From Chrysomallon squamiferum (taxonomy: Eukaryota > Animalia > Mollusca): a DNA stretch of 64,000 nt. Shown here one piece after another: positions 35,061 through 51,035 of the stretch (the first letter of the stretch is position 1; each line of letters opens with the position of its first letter). Both the position numbers and the translations under genes were made by a program. The stretch spans positions 29,512,001-29,576,000 of the forward strand of contig CM022672.1 in the NCBI GenBank assembly GCA_012295275.1, read 5' to 3'. The notes beneath the pieces were generated by a model that worked only from the letters and a program-made list of their open reading frames with translations, was not told the DNA's origin and searched no databases.

Positions 35061-38000
35061 AGTCTTTGTACAACATAACAATATATATTTATGTTGCGGT
35101 ATAATGATTTAACATGATAAACATTGGTACAATATAACAGTATATATTATTTTCCAGTATCCTTATTTTATATGATGCAAGTTTGAAGTAGATAACAATA
35201 TCTATTTATTCTGTTGTCGCTTTATTTAATACGATAAATCTTTTGGTCAATAAAACATTATATGTTTAACCACCAGTATGGTTATTTACCTTTATGAACC
35301 TTTATACATTATAACAATTTATGTTTATGTTACACTATGCTTATTTAACAGCATGATTCCTTCTGTGTTACAGTATCATTATTTAAATTGATGTCTTTCT
35401 ACAATATAACAATATAAAATGTGATACCTCAGTACGGTTTAACACGATAAACCTTGGTACAATATAACAGTATATATTATATTCCAGCATTCTTATTTGA
35501 TATGATCAAACTTTGAACTAGATAACAATATATATTTATTTTCTGGTGTCCTTATTTAATACGACAATCTTTTGTTCTATATAACCTTATATATTTAACC
35601 ACCAGTCTGATTATTTAGCGTGATAATATTTGTACAGTATGACAATATATATTTATTTTACTTTATCATTATTTAACACGATAAGTCTCTGTACAAAATA
35701 ACAATATATTTTTTGTTCCAGTATGGTTATTCACCTTTCTGAACCTTTATACAGTATAACAATTTAGGATTAGGTTAAACTATGCTTATTTAACAGCATC
35801 AGTCCTTCCATATTCCAATATCGTTATTTAAATTGATGTCTTTCTACAATATAAGAATATATAATGTGATACTTTAGTATGGTTTAACACGATAATCCTT
35901 GGTACAATATAACAGTATATATTATATTCCGGCATTCTTACTTTATATGATGAAACTTTGAACTAGATAACAATATCTATTTATTCTGTAGTCGCTTTAT
36001 TTAATACGATAAATCTTTTGGTCAATAAAACATTATATGTTTAACCACCAGTATGGTTATTTACCTTTATGAACCTTTATACATTATAACAATTTATGTT
36101 TATGTTACACTATGCTTATTTAACAGCATGAGTCCTTCTATGTTACAGTATCGTTATTTAAATTGATGTCTTTCTACAATATAACAATATAAAATGTGAT
36201 ACTTCAGTATGGTTTAACACGATAAATCTTGGTAGAATATAACAGTATATATTATAATGAACTATTCTTATTTTATATGATCAAACTTTGAACTAGATAA
36301 CAATATATATTTATTCTCTGGCATCTTTATTTAATACGACAACATTTTGTTCTATATAACCTTATATATTTAACCACCAGTATGATTATTTAGCCTGATA
36401 AACTTTTGTACAGGTTAACAATATATATTTATTTTACTTTATCATTATTTAACACCACAAGTCGTTCTACAAAATAATAATATATTTTTTGTTCCAGTAT
36501 GGTTATTCACCTTACTGAACCTTTATACAGTATAACAATTTAGGTTTATGTTACACTATGCTTATTTAACAGCATGAGACCTTCTATGTTCCTCTATCGT
36601 TATTTAAATTGATGTCTTTCTGTAATATAACAATATAAAATGTGATACCTCAGTACGGTTTAACACGATAAACCTTGGTACAATATAACAGTATATATTA
36701 TATTCCAGCATTCTTATTTTATATGACAAAACTTTGAACTAGATAACAATATATATTTATTCTCTGATTTCTATATTTAACACGGACAACCTTTTGTTCA
36801 ACATAACCTTATATATTTAACCACCAGTATGATTATTTAGCCTGATAAACTTTTGTACAGTATAACAATACATATTTATTTTACTTTGTCATTATTTAAC
36901 ACGATAAGTCGTTCTACAAAATAACAATATATTTTTTGTTCCAGTATGGGTATTTACCTGTCTGAACCTTTATACATTATAACAATTTAGGTTTATGTTA
37001 CACTATGCTTATTTAACAGGATGAGTCCTTGTATGTTCCAGTATCATTATTTAAATTGATGTCTTTCTACAATATAACAATATAAAATGTGATACTTCAG
37101 TATGGTTTAACACCATAAATCTTGGTAGAATATAACAGTATATATTATAATGAACTATTCTTATTTTATATGATCAAACTTTGACCTAGATAATAATATA
37201 TATTTATTCTCTGGCATCTTTATTTAATACGACAACCTTTTGTTCAATATAACCTTGTATATTTAACCACTAGTATGATTATTTAGCCTGATAAACTTTT
37301 GTACTGTATAACAATATATATTTATTTTACTTTATCATTATTTAACGACATAAGTCGTTCTAGAAAATTATAATATATTTTTTGTTCAAGTATGGTTATT
37401 CACCTTTCTGAACCTCTATAAAGTATAGCAATTTAGGTTTATGTTACACTATGCTTATTTAACAGCATGAGACCTTCTATGTTCAACTATCGTTATTTAA
37501 ATTGATGTCTTTCGGTAATATAACAATATAAAATGTGATACCTGAGTACGGTTTAACACGATAAACCTTGGTACAATATAACACTATATATTATTTTCCA
37601 GTATCCTTATTTTATATGATGCAAGTTTGAAGTAGATAACAATATATATTTATTCTGTTGTCGCTTTATTTAATACGATAAATGTTTTAGTCAATAAAAC
37701 ATTATATGTTTAACCACCAGTAAGGTTATTTACCTTTATGAACCTTTTTACATTATAAAAATTTAGGTTTATGTTACACTATGCTTATTTAACAGCATGA
37801 GACCTTCTATGTTCCAGTATCGTTATTTAAATTGATATCTTTCTACAATATAACAATATAAAATGTGATACTTCAGTATGGTTTAACACGATAAACCTTG
37901 GTAGAATATAACAGTATATATTATAATGAAGCATTCTTATTTTATATGATCAAACTTTGAACTAGATAACAATATATATTTATTCTCTGATTTCTTTATT

Positions 38001-41000
38001 TAATACGGACAACCTTTTGTTCAATATAACCTTATATATTTAACCACCAGTATGATTATTTAGCCTGATAAACTTTTGTACAGTATAACAATATATATTT
38101 ATTTTACTTTATCATTATTTAACACGATAAGTCGTTCTACAAAATAACAATATATTTTTTGTTCCAGTATGGTTATTCACCTTTCTGAACCTTTATACAT
38201 TATAACAATTTAGGTTTATGTTACACTATGCTTATTTAACAGCATGAGTCCTTCTGTGTTCCAGTATCGTTATTTAAATTGATGTCTTTCTACAATATAA
38301 CAATATAAAATGTGATACTTCAGTATGGTTTAACACGATAAATCTTGGTAGAATATAACAGTATATATTATAATGAACTATTCTTATTTTATATGATCAA
38401 ACTTTGAACTAGATAACAATATATATTTATTCTCTGACATCTTTATTTAATAGGACAATCTTTTGTTCAATATAACCTTATATATTTAACCACCAGTATG
38501 ATTATTTAGCCTGATAAACTTTTGTACAGTATAACAATATATATTTATTTTACTTTATCATTATTTAACACGATAAGTCTTTCTACGAAATAACAATATA
38601 TTTTTTGTTCCAGTATGGTTATTCACCCTTCTGAACCTTTATACATTATAACAATTTAGGTTTATGTTACACTATGCTTATTTAACAGCATGAGTCCTTC
38701 TGTGTTCCAGTATCGTTATTTAAATTGATGTCTTTCTACAATATAACAATATAAAATGTGATACTTCAGTATGGTTTAACACGATAAATCTTGGTAGAAT
38801 ATAACAGTATATATTATAATGAACTATTCTTATTTTATATGATCAAACTTTGAACTAGATAACAATATATATTTATTCTCTGGTATCTTTATTTAATACG
38901 ACAACCTTTTGTTCAATATAACCTTATATATTTAACCACCAGTATGATTATTTAGCCTGATAAACCTTTGTACAGTATAACAATATATATTTATTTTACT
39001 TTATCATTATTTAACACGATAAGTCGGTCTGGAAAATAACAATATATTTTTTGTTCCAGTATGGTTATTCACCCTTCTGAACCTTTATACATTATAACAA
39101 TTTAGGTTTATGTTACACTATGCTTATTTAACAGCATGAGTCCTTCTGTGTTCCAGTATCGTTATTTAAATTGATGTCTTTCTACAATATAACAATATAA
39201 AATGTGATACTTCAGTATGGTTTAACACGATAAATCTTGGTAGAATATAACAGTATATATTATAATGAACTATTCTTATTTTATATGATCAAACTTTGAA
39301 CTAGATAACAATATATATTTATTCTCTGACATCTTTATTTAATAGGACAATCTTTTGTTCAATATAACCTTATATATTTAACCACCAGTATGATTATTTA
39401 TCCTGATAAACTTTTGTACAGTATAACAATATATATTTATTTTACTTTATCATTATTTAACACGATAAGTCTTTCAACGAAATAACAATATATTTTTTGT
39501 TCCAGTATGGTTATTCACCTTTCTGAACCTTTATACAATATAACAATTTAGGTTTATGTTACATTATGCTTATTTAACAGCATGAGTCCTTCTGTGTTCC
39601 AGTATCGTTATTTAAATTGATGTCTTTCTACAATATAACAATATAAAATATGATACTTCAGTATGGTTTAACACGATAAATCTTGGTAGAATATAACAGT
39701 ATATATTATAATGAACTATTCTTATTTTATATGATCAAACTTTGAACTAGATAACAATATATGTTTATTCTCTGGTATCTTTATTTAATACGACAACCTT
39801 TTGTTCAATATAACCTTATATATTTAACCACCAGTATGATTATTTAGCCTGATAAACTTTTGTACAGTATAACAATATATATTTATTTTACTTTATCATT
39901 ATTTAACACGATAAGTCGGTCTGGAAAATAACAATATATTTTTTGTTCCAGTATGGTTATTCACCCTTCTGAACCTTTATACATTATAACAATTTAGGTT
40001 TATGTTACACTATGCTTATTTAACAGCATGAGTCCTTCTGTGTTCCAGTATCGTTATTTAAATTGATGTCTTTCTACAATATAACAATATAAAATGTGAT
40101 ACTTCAGTATGGTTTAACACGATAAATCTTGGTAGAATATAACAGTATATATTATAATGAACTATTCTTATTTTATATGATCAAACTTTGAACTAGATAA
40201 CAATATATATTTATTCTCTGACATCTTTATTTAATAGGACAATCTTTTGTTCAATATAACCTTATATATTTAACCACCAGTATGATTATTTATCCTGATA
40301 GACTTTTGTACAGTATAACAATATATATTTATTTTACTTTATCATTATTTAACAGGATAAGTCTTTCAACGAAATAACAATATATTTTTTGTTCCAGTAT
40401 GGTTATTCACCCTTCTGAACCTTTATACATTATAACAATTTAGGTTTATGTTACATTATGCTTATTTAACAGCATGAGTCCTTCTGTGTTCCAGTATCGT
40501 TATTTAAATTGATGTCTTTCTACAATATAACAATATAAAATGTGATACTTCAGTATGGTTTAACACGATAAATCTTGGTAGAATATAACAGTATATATTA
40601 TAATGAACTATTCTTATTTTATATGATCAAACTTTGAACTAGATAACAATATATATTTATTCTCTGACATCTTTATTTAATAGGACAATCTTTTGTTCAA
40701 TATAACCTTATATATTTAACCACCAGTATGATTATTTATCCTGATAGACTTTTGTACAGTATAACAATATATATTTATTTTACTTTATCATTATTTAACA
40801 CGATAAGTCTTTGTACGAAATAACAATATATTTTTTGTTCCAGTATGGTTATTCACCTTTCTGAACCTTTATACAATATAACAATTTAGGTTTATGCTTA
40901 TTTAACAGCATGAGTCCTTCTGTGTTCCAGTATCGTTATTTAAATTGATGTCTTTCTACAATATAACAATATAAAATGTGATACTTCAGTATGGTTTAAC

Positions 41001-44000
41001 ACGATAAATCTTGGTAGAATATAACAGTATATATTATAATGAACTATTCTTATTTTATATGATCAAACTTTGAACTAGATAACAATATATGTTTATTCTC
41101 TGGTATCTTTATTTAATACGACAATCTTTTGTTCAATATAACCTTATATATTTAACCACCAGTATGATTATTTAGCCTGATAAACTTTTGTACAGTATAA
41201 CAATATATATTTATTTTACTTTATCATTATTTAACACGATAAGTCGGTCTGGAAAATAACAATATATTTTTTGTTCCAGTATGGTTATTCACCCTTCTGA
41301 ACCTTTATACATTATAACAATTTAGGTTTATGTTACACTATGCTTATTTAACAGCATGAGTCCTTCTGTGTTCCAGTATCGTTATTTAAATTGATGTCTT
41401 TCTACAATATAACAATATAAAATGTGATACTTCAGTATGGTTTAACACGATAAATCTTGGTAGAATATAACAGTATATATTATAATGAACTATTCTTATT
41501 TTATATGATCAAACTTTGAACTAGATAACAATATATATTTATTCTCTGACATCTTTATTTAATAGGACAATCTTTTGTTCAATATAACCTTATATATTTA
41601 ACCACCAGTATGATTATTTATCCTGATAGACTTTTGTACAGTATAACAATATATATTTATTTTACTTTATCATTATTTAACACGATAAGTCTTTCAACGA
41701 AATAACAATATATTTTTTGTTCCAGTATGGTTATTCACCCTTCTGAACCTTTATACATTATAACAATTTAGGTTTATGTTACACTATGCTTATTTAACAG
41801 CATGAGTCCTTCTGTGTTCCAGTATCGTTATTTAAATTGATGTCTTTCTACAATATAACAATATAAAATGTGATACTTCAGTATGGTTTAACACGATAAA
41901 TCTTGGTAGAATATAACAGTATATATTATAATGAACTATTCTTATTTTATATGATCAAACTTTGAACTAGATAACAATATATATTTATTCTCTGACATCT
42001 TTATTTAATAGGACAATCTTTTGTTCAATATAACCTTATATATTTAACCACCAGTATGATTATTTATCCTGATAACTTTTTGTACAGTATAACAATATAT
42101 ATTTATTTTACTTTATCATTATTTAACAGGATAAGTGTTTCAACGAAATAACAATATATTTTTTGTTCCAGTATGGTTATTCACCTTTCTGAACCTTTAT
42201 ACAGTATAACAATTTAGGTTTATGTTACATTATGCTTATTTAACAGCATGAGTCCTTCTGTGTTCCAGTATCGTTATTTAAATTGATGTCTTTCTACAAT
42301 ATAACAATATAAAATGTGATACTTCAGTATGGTTTAACACGATAAATCTTGGTAGAATATAACAGTATATATTATAATGAACTATTCTTATTTTATATGA
42401 TCAAACTTTGAACTAGATAACAATATATATTTATTCTCTGACATCTTTATTTAATAGGACAATCTTTTGTTCAATATAACCTTATATATTTAACCACCAG
42501 TATGATTATTTATCCTGATAAACTTTTTTTGTACAGTATAACAATATATATTTATTTTATTTTATCATTATTTAACACGATAAGTGTTTCTGGAAAATAA
42601 ATAATATATTTTTTGTTCCAGTATGGTTATTCACCTTTCTGAACCTTTATACATTATAACAATTTAGGTTTTTGTTACACTATGCTTATTTAACAGCATG
42701 AGTCCTTCTGTGTTCCAGTATCGTTATTTAAATTGATGTCTTTCTACAATATAACAATATAAAATGTGATACTTCAGTATGGTTTAACACGATAAATCTT
42801 GGTAGAATATAACAGTATATATTATAATGAACTATTCTTATTTTATATGATCAAACTTTGAACTAGATAACAATATATATTTATTCTCTGGCATCTTTAT
42901 TTAATACGACAACCTTTTGTTCAATATAACCTTATATATTTAACCACCAGTATGATTATTTAGCCTGATAAACTTTTGTACAGTATAACAATATATATTT
43001 ATTTTACTTTATCATTATTTAACACGATAAGTCTTTCAACGAAATAACAATATATTTTTTGTTCCAGTATGGTTATTCACCCTTCTGAACCTTTATACAT
43101 TATAACAATTTAGGTTTATGTTACATTATGCTTATTTAACAGCATGAGTCCTTCTGTGTTCCAGTATCGTTATTTAAATTGATGTCTTTCTACAATATAA
43201 CAATATAAAATGTGATACTTCAGTATGGTTTAACACGATAAATCTTGGTAGAATATAACAGTATATATTATAATGAACTATTCTTATTTTATATGATCAA
43301 ACTTTGAACTAGATAACAATATATATTTATTCTCTGACATCTTTATTTAATAGGACAATCTTTTGTTCAATATAACCTTATATATTTAACCACCAGTATG
43401 ATTATTTATCCTGATAGACTTTTGTACAGTATAACAATATATATTTATTTTACTTTATCATTATTTAACACGATAAAGTTTTTCAACGAAATAACAATAT
43501 ATTTTTTGTTCCAGTATGGTTATTCACCTTTCTGAACCTTTATACAATATAACAATTTACGTTTATGTTACACTATGCTTATTTAACAGCATGAGTCCTT
43601 CTGTGTTCCAGTATCGTTATTTAAATTGATGTCTTTCTACAATATAACAATATAAAATGTGATACTTCAGTATGGTTTAACACGATAAATCTTGGTAGAA
43701 TATAACAGTATATATTATAATGAACTATTCTTATTTTATATGATCAAACTTTGAACTAGATAACAATATATGTTTATTCTCTGGTATCTTTATTTAATAC
43801 GACAATCTTTTGTTCAATATAACCTTATATATTTAACCACCAGTATGATTATTTAGCCTGATAAACATTTGTACAGTATAACAATATATATTTATTTTAC
43901 TTTATCATTATTTAACACGATAAGTCGGTCTGGAAAATAACAATATATTTTTTGTTCCAGTATGGTTATTCACCCTTCTGAACCTTTATACATTATAACA

Positions 44001-47000
44001 ATTTAGGTTTATGTTACACTATGCTTATTTAACAGCATGAGTCCTTCTGTGTTCCAGTATCGTTATTTAAATTGATGTCTTTCTACAATATAACAATATA
44101 AAATGTGATACTTCAGTATGGTTTAACACGATAAATCTTGGTAGAATATAACAGTATATATTATAATGAACTATTCTTATTTTATATGATCAAACTTTGA
44201 ACTAGATAACAATATATATTTATTCTCTGACATCTTTATTTAATAGGACAATCTTTTGTTCAATATAACCTTATATATTTAACCACCAGTATGATTATTT
44301 ATCCTGATAGACTTTTGTACAGTATAACAATATATATTTATTTTACTTTATCATTATTTAACAGGATAAGTCTTTCAACGAAATAACAATATATTTTTTG
44401 TTCCAGTATGGTTATTCACCTTTCTGAACCTTTATACAGTATAACAATTTAGGTTTATGTTACATTATGCTTATTTAACAGCATGAGTCCTTCTGTGTTC
44501 CAGTATCGTTATTTAAATTGATGTCTTTCTACAATATAACAATATAAAATGTGATACTTCAGTATGGTTTAACACGATAAATCTTGGTAGAATATAACAG
44601 TATATATTATAATGAACTATTCTTATTTTATATGATCAAACTTTGAACTAGATAACAATATATATTTATTCTCTGACATCTTTATTTAATAGGACAATCT
44701 TTTGTTCAATATAACCTTATATATTTAACCACCAGTATGATTATTTAGCCTGATAAACTTTTGTACAGTATAACAATATATATTTATTTTACTTTATCAT
44801 TATTTAACACGATAAGTCAATCTGGAAAATAACAATATATTTTTTGTTCCAGTATGGTTATTCACCCTTCTGAACCTTTATACATTATAACAATTTAGGT
44901 TTATGTTACACTATGCTTATTTAACAGCATGAGTCCTTCTGTGTTCCAGTATCGTTATTTAAATTGATGTCTTTCTACAATATAACAATATAAAATATGA
45001 TACTTCAGTATGGTTTAACACGATAAATCTTGGTAGAATATAACAGTATATATTATAATGAACTATTCTTATTTTATATGATCAAACTTTGAACTAGATA
45101 ACAATATATATTTATTCTCTAACATCTTTATTTAATAGGACAATCTTTTGTTCAATATAACCTTATATATTTAACCACCAGTATGATTATTTATCCTGAT
45201 AGACTTTTGTACAGTATAACAATATATATTTATTTTACTTTATCATTATTTAACACGATAAGTCTTTCAACGAAATAACAATATATTTTTTGTTCCAGTA
45301 TGGTTATTCACCTTTCTGAACCTTTATACAATATAACAATTTAGGTTTATGTTACACTATGCTTATTTAACAGCATGAGTCCTTCTGTGTTCCAGTATCG
45401 TTATTTAAATTGATGTCTTTCTACAATATAACAATATAAAATGTGATACTTCAGTATGGTTTAACACGATAAATCTTGGTAGAATATAACAGTATATATT
45501 ATAATGAACTATTCTTATTTTATATGATCAAACTTTGAACTAGATAACAATATATATTTATTCTCTGGCATCTTTATTTAATAGGACAATCTTTTGTTCA
45601 ATATAACCTTATATATATTTAACCACCAGTATGATTATTTAGCCTGATAAACTTTTGTACAGTATAACAATATATATTTATTTTACTTGATCATTATTTA
45701 ACAGGATAAGTCTTTCAACGAAATAACAATATATTTTTGTTCCAGTATGGTTATTCACCTTTCTGAACCTTTATACAGTATAACAATTTAGGTTTATGTT
45801 ACATTATGCTTATTTAACAGCATGAGTCCTTCTGTGTTCCAGTATCGTTATTTAAATTGATGTCTTTCTACAATATAACAATATAAAATGTGATACTTCA
45901 GTATGGTTTAACACGATAAATCTTGGTAGAATATAACAGTATATATTATAATGAACTATTCTTATTTTATATGATCAAACTTTGAACTAGATAACAATAT
46001 ATATTTATTCTCTGACATCTTTATTTAATAGGACAATCTTTTGTTCAATATAACCTTATATATTTAACCACCAGTATGATTATTTAGCCTGATAAACTTT
46101 TGTACAGTATAACAATATATATTTATTTTACTTTATCATTATTTAACACGATAAGTCGGTTTGGAAAATAACAATATATTTTTTGTTCCAGTATGGTTAT
46201 TCACCTTTCTGAACCTTTATACATTATAACAATTTAGGTTTATGTTACACTATGCTTATTTAACAGCATGAGTCCTTCTGTGTTCCAGTATCGTTATTTA
46301 AATTGATGTCTTTCTACAATATAACAATATAAAATGTGATACTTCAGTATGGTTTAACACGATAAATCTTGGTAGAATATAACAGTATATATTATAATGA
46401 ACTATTCTTATTTTATATGATCAAACTTTGAACTAGATAACAATATATATTTATTCTCTGACATCTTTATTTAATAGGACAATCTTTTGTTCAATATAAC
46501 CTTATATATTTAACCACCAGTATGATTATTTATCCTGATAGACTTTTGTACAGTATAACAATATATATTTATTTTACTTTATCATTATTTAACAGGATAA
46601 GTTTTTCAACGAAATAACAATATATTTTTTGTTCCAGTATGGTTATTCACCTTTCTGAACCTTTATAAAGTATAACAATTTAGGTTTATGTTACATTATG
46701 CTTATTTAACAGCATGAGTCCTTCTGTGTTCCAGTATCGTTATTTAAATTGATGTCTTTCTACAATATAACAATATAAAATGTGATACTTCAGTATGGTT
46801 TAACACGATAAATCTTGGTAGAATATAACAGTATATATTATAATGAACTATTCTTATTTTATATGATCAAACTTTGAACTAGATAACAATATATATTTAT
46901 TCTCTGACATCTTTATTTAATACGACAACCTTTTGTTCAATATAACCTTATATATTTAACCACCAGTATGATTATTTAGCCTGATAAACTTTTGTACAGT

Positions 47001-50000
47001 ATAACAATATATATTTATTTTACTTTATCATTATTTAACACGATAAGTCTTTTGGAAAATAACAATATATTTTTTGTTCCAGTATGGTTATTCACCCTTC
47101 TGAACCTTTATACATTATAACAATTTAGGTTTATGTTACACTATGCTTATTTAACAGCATGAGTCCTTCTGTGTTCCAGTATCGTTATTTAAATTGATGT
47201 CTTTCTACAATATAACAATATAAAATGTGATACTTCAGTATGGTTTAACACGATAAATCTTGGTAGAATATAACAGTATATATTATAATGAACTATTCTT
47301 ATTTTATATGATCAAACTTTGAACTAGATAACAATATATATTTATTCTCTGACATCTTTATTTAATAGGACAATCTTTTGTTCAATATAACCTTATATAT
47401 TTAACCACCAGTATGATTATTTATCCTGATAGACTTTTGTACAGTATAACAATATATATTTATTTTACTTTATCATTATTTAACACGATAAGTGTTTTTA
47501 CGAAATAACAATATATTTTTTGTTCCAGTATGGTTATTCACCTTTCTGAACCTTTATACATTATAACAATTTAGGTTTATGTTACACTATGCTTATTTAA
47601 CAGCATGAGTCCTTCTGTGTTCCAGTATCGTTATTTAAATTGATGTCTTTCTACAATATAACAATATAAAATATGATACTTCAGTATGGTTTAACACGAT
47701 AAATCTTGGTAGAATATAACAGTATATATTATAATGAACTATTCTTATTTTATATGATCAAACTTTGAACTAGATAACAATATATATTTATTCTCTAACA
47801 TCTTTATTTAATAGGACAATCTTTTGTTCAATATAACCTTATATATTTAACCACCAGTATGATTATTTATCCTGATAGACTTTTGTACAGTATAACAATA
47901 TATATTTATTTTACTTTATCATTATTTAACACGATAAGTCTTTCAACGAAATAACAATATATTTTTTGTTCCAGTATGGTTATTCACCTTTCTGAACCTT
48001 TATACAATATAACAATTTAGGTTTTTGTTACATTATGCTTATTTAACAGCATGAGTCCTTCTGTGTTCCAGTATCGTTATTTAAATTGATGTCTTTCTAC
48101 AATATAACAATATAAAATGTGATACTTCAGTATGGTTTAACACGATAAATCTTGGTAGAATATAACAGTATATATTATAATGAACTATTCTTATTTTATA
48201 TGATCAAACTTTGAACTAGATAACAATATATGTTTATTCTCTGGTATCTTTATTTAATACGACAATCCTTTTGTTCAATATAACCTTATATATTTAACCA
48301 CCAGTATGATTATTTAGCCTGATAAACTTTTGTACAGTATAACAATATATATTTATTTTACTTTATCATTATTTAACACGATAAGTCTGTCTGGAAAATA
48401 ACAATATATTTTTTGTTCCAGTATGGTTATTCACCCTTCTGAACCTTTATACATTATAACAATTTAGGTTTATGTTACACTATGCTTATTTAACAGCATG
48501 AGTCCTTCTGTGTTCCAGTATCGTTATTTAAATTGATGTCTTTCTACAATATAACAATATAAAATGTGATACTTCAGTATGGTTTAACACGATAAATCTT
48601 GGTAGAATATAACAGTATATATTATAATGAACTATTCTTATTTTATATGATCAAACTTTGAACTAGATAACAATATATATTTATTCTCTGACATCTTTAT
48701 TTAATAGGACAATCTTTTGTTCAATATAACCTTATATATTTAACCACCAGTATGATTATTTATCCTGATAGACTTTTGTACAGTATAACAATATATATTT
48801 ATTTTACTTTATCATTATTTAACAGGATAAGTCTTTCAACGAAATAACAATATATTTTTTGTTCCAGTATGGTTATTCACCTTTCTGAACCTTTATACAG
48901 TATAACAATTTAGGTTTATGTTACATTATGCTTATTTAACAGCATGAGTCCTTCTGTGTTCCAGTATCGTTATTTAAATTGATGTCTTTCTACAATATAA
49001 CAATATAAAATATGATACTTCAGTATGGTTTAACACGATAAATCTTGGTAGAATATAACAGTATATATTATAATGAACTATTCTTATTTTATATGATCAA
49101 ACTTTGAACTAGATAACAATATATATTTATTCTCTGGCATCTTTATTTAATACGACAACCTTTTGTTCAATATAACCTTATATATTTAACCACCAGTATG
49201 ATTATTTAGCCTGATAAACTTTTGTACAGTATAACAATATATATTTATTTTACTTTATCATTATTTAACACGATAAGTCGGTCTGGAAAATAACAATATA
49301 TTTTTTGTTCCAGTATGGTTATTCACCCTTCTGAACCTTTATACATTATAACAATTTAGGTTTATGTTACACTATGCTTATTTAACAGCATGAGTCCTTC
49401 TGTGTTCCAGTATCGTTATTTAAATTGATGTCTTTCTACAATATAACAATATAAAATGTGATACTTCAGTATGGTTTAACACGATAAATCTTGGTAGAAT
49501 ATAACAGTATATATTATAATGAACTATTCTTATTTTATATGATCAAACTTTGAACTAGATAACAATATATATTTATTCTCTAACATCTTTATTTAATAGG
49601 ACAATCTTTTGTTCAATATAACCTTATATATTTAACCACCAGTATGATTATTTATCCTGATAGACTTTTGTACAGTATAACAATATATATTTATTTTACT
49701 TTATCATTATTTAACACGATAAGTGTTTTTACGAAATAACAATATATTTTTTGTTCCAGTATGGTTATTCACCTTTCTGAACCTTTATACAATATAACAA
49801 TTTAGGTTTTGTTACACTATGCTTATTTAACAGCATGAGTCCTTCTGTGTTCCAGTATCGTTATTTAAATTGATGTCTTTCTACAATATAACAATATAAA
49901 TTGTGATACTTCAGTATGGTTTAACACGATAAATCTTGGTAGAATATAACAGTATATATTATAATGAACTATTCTTATTTTATATGATCAAACTTTGAAC

Positions 50001-50808
50001 TAGATAACAATATATATTTATTCTCTGGTATCTTTATTTAATACGACAACCTTTTGTTCAATATAACCTTATATATTTAACCACCAGTATGATTATTTAG
50101 CCTGATAAACTTTTGTACAGTATAACAATATATATTTATTTTACTTTATCATTATTTAACACGATAAGTGTTTCAACGAAAATAACAATATATTTTTTGT
50201 TCCAGTATGGTTATTCACCCTTCTGAACCTTTATACATTATAACAATTTAGGTTTATGTTACACTATGCTTATTTAACAGCATGAGTCCTTCTGTGTTCC
50301 AGTATCGTTATTTAAATTGATGTCTTTCTACAATATAACAATATAAAATATGATACTTCAGTATGGTTTAACACGATAAATCTTGGTAGAATATAACAGT
50401 ATATATTATAATGAACTATTCTTATTTTATATGATCAAACTTTGAACTAGATAACAATATATATTTATTCTCTAACATCTTTATTTAATAGGACAATCTT
50501 TTGTTCAATATAACCTTATATATTTAACCACCAGTATGATTATTTATCCTGATAGACTTTTGTACAGTATAACAATATATATTTATTTTACTTTATCATT
50601 ATTTAACACGATAAGTGTTTTTACGAAATAACAATATATTTTTTGTTCCAGTATGGTTATTCACCTTTCTGAACCTTTATACAATATAACAATTTACGTT
50701 TTTGTTACACTATGCTTATTTAACAGCATGAGTCCTTCTGTGTTCCAGTATCGTTATTTAAATTGATGTCTTTCTACAATATAACAATATAAATTGTATA
50801 AATATGAT

Positions 50809-51008
50809 NNNNNNNNNNNNNNNNNNNNNNNNNNNNNNNNNNNNNNNNNNNNNNNNNNNNNNNNNNNNNNNNNNNNNNNNNNNNNNNNNNNNNNNNNNNN
50901 NNNNNNNNNNNNNNNNNNNNNNNNNNNNNNNNNNNNNNNNNNNNNNNNNNNNNNNNNNNNNNNNNNNNNNNNNNNNNNNNNNNNNNNNNNNNNNNNNNNN
51001 NNNNNNNN
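50809..51008. other. Assembly gap (200 N, placeholder size)
   Basis: Run of exactly 200 n. Confidence 0.99.
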
Positions 51009-51035
51009 TTGTGCTTCGTTCAGTTACGTATTGCT
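51009..51035 (+). other. Oxford Nanopore ligation adapter remnant (technical artifact)
   Basis: ttgtgcttcgttcagttacgtattgct versus the ONT adapter AATGTACTTCGTTCAGTTACGTATTGCT, located at the contig start. Confidence 0.93.
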
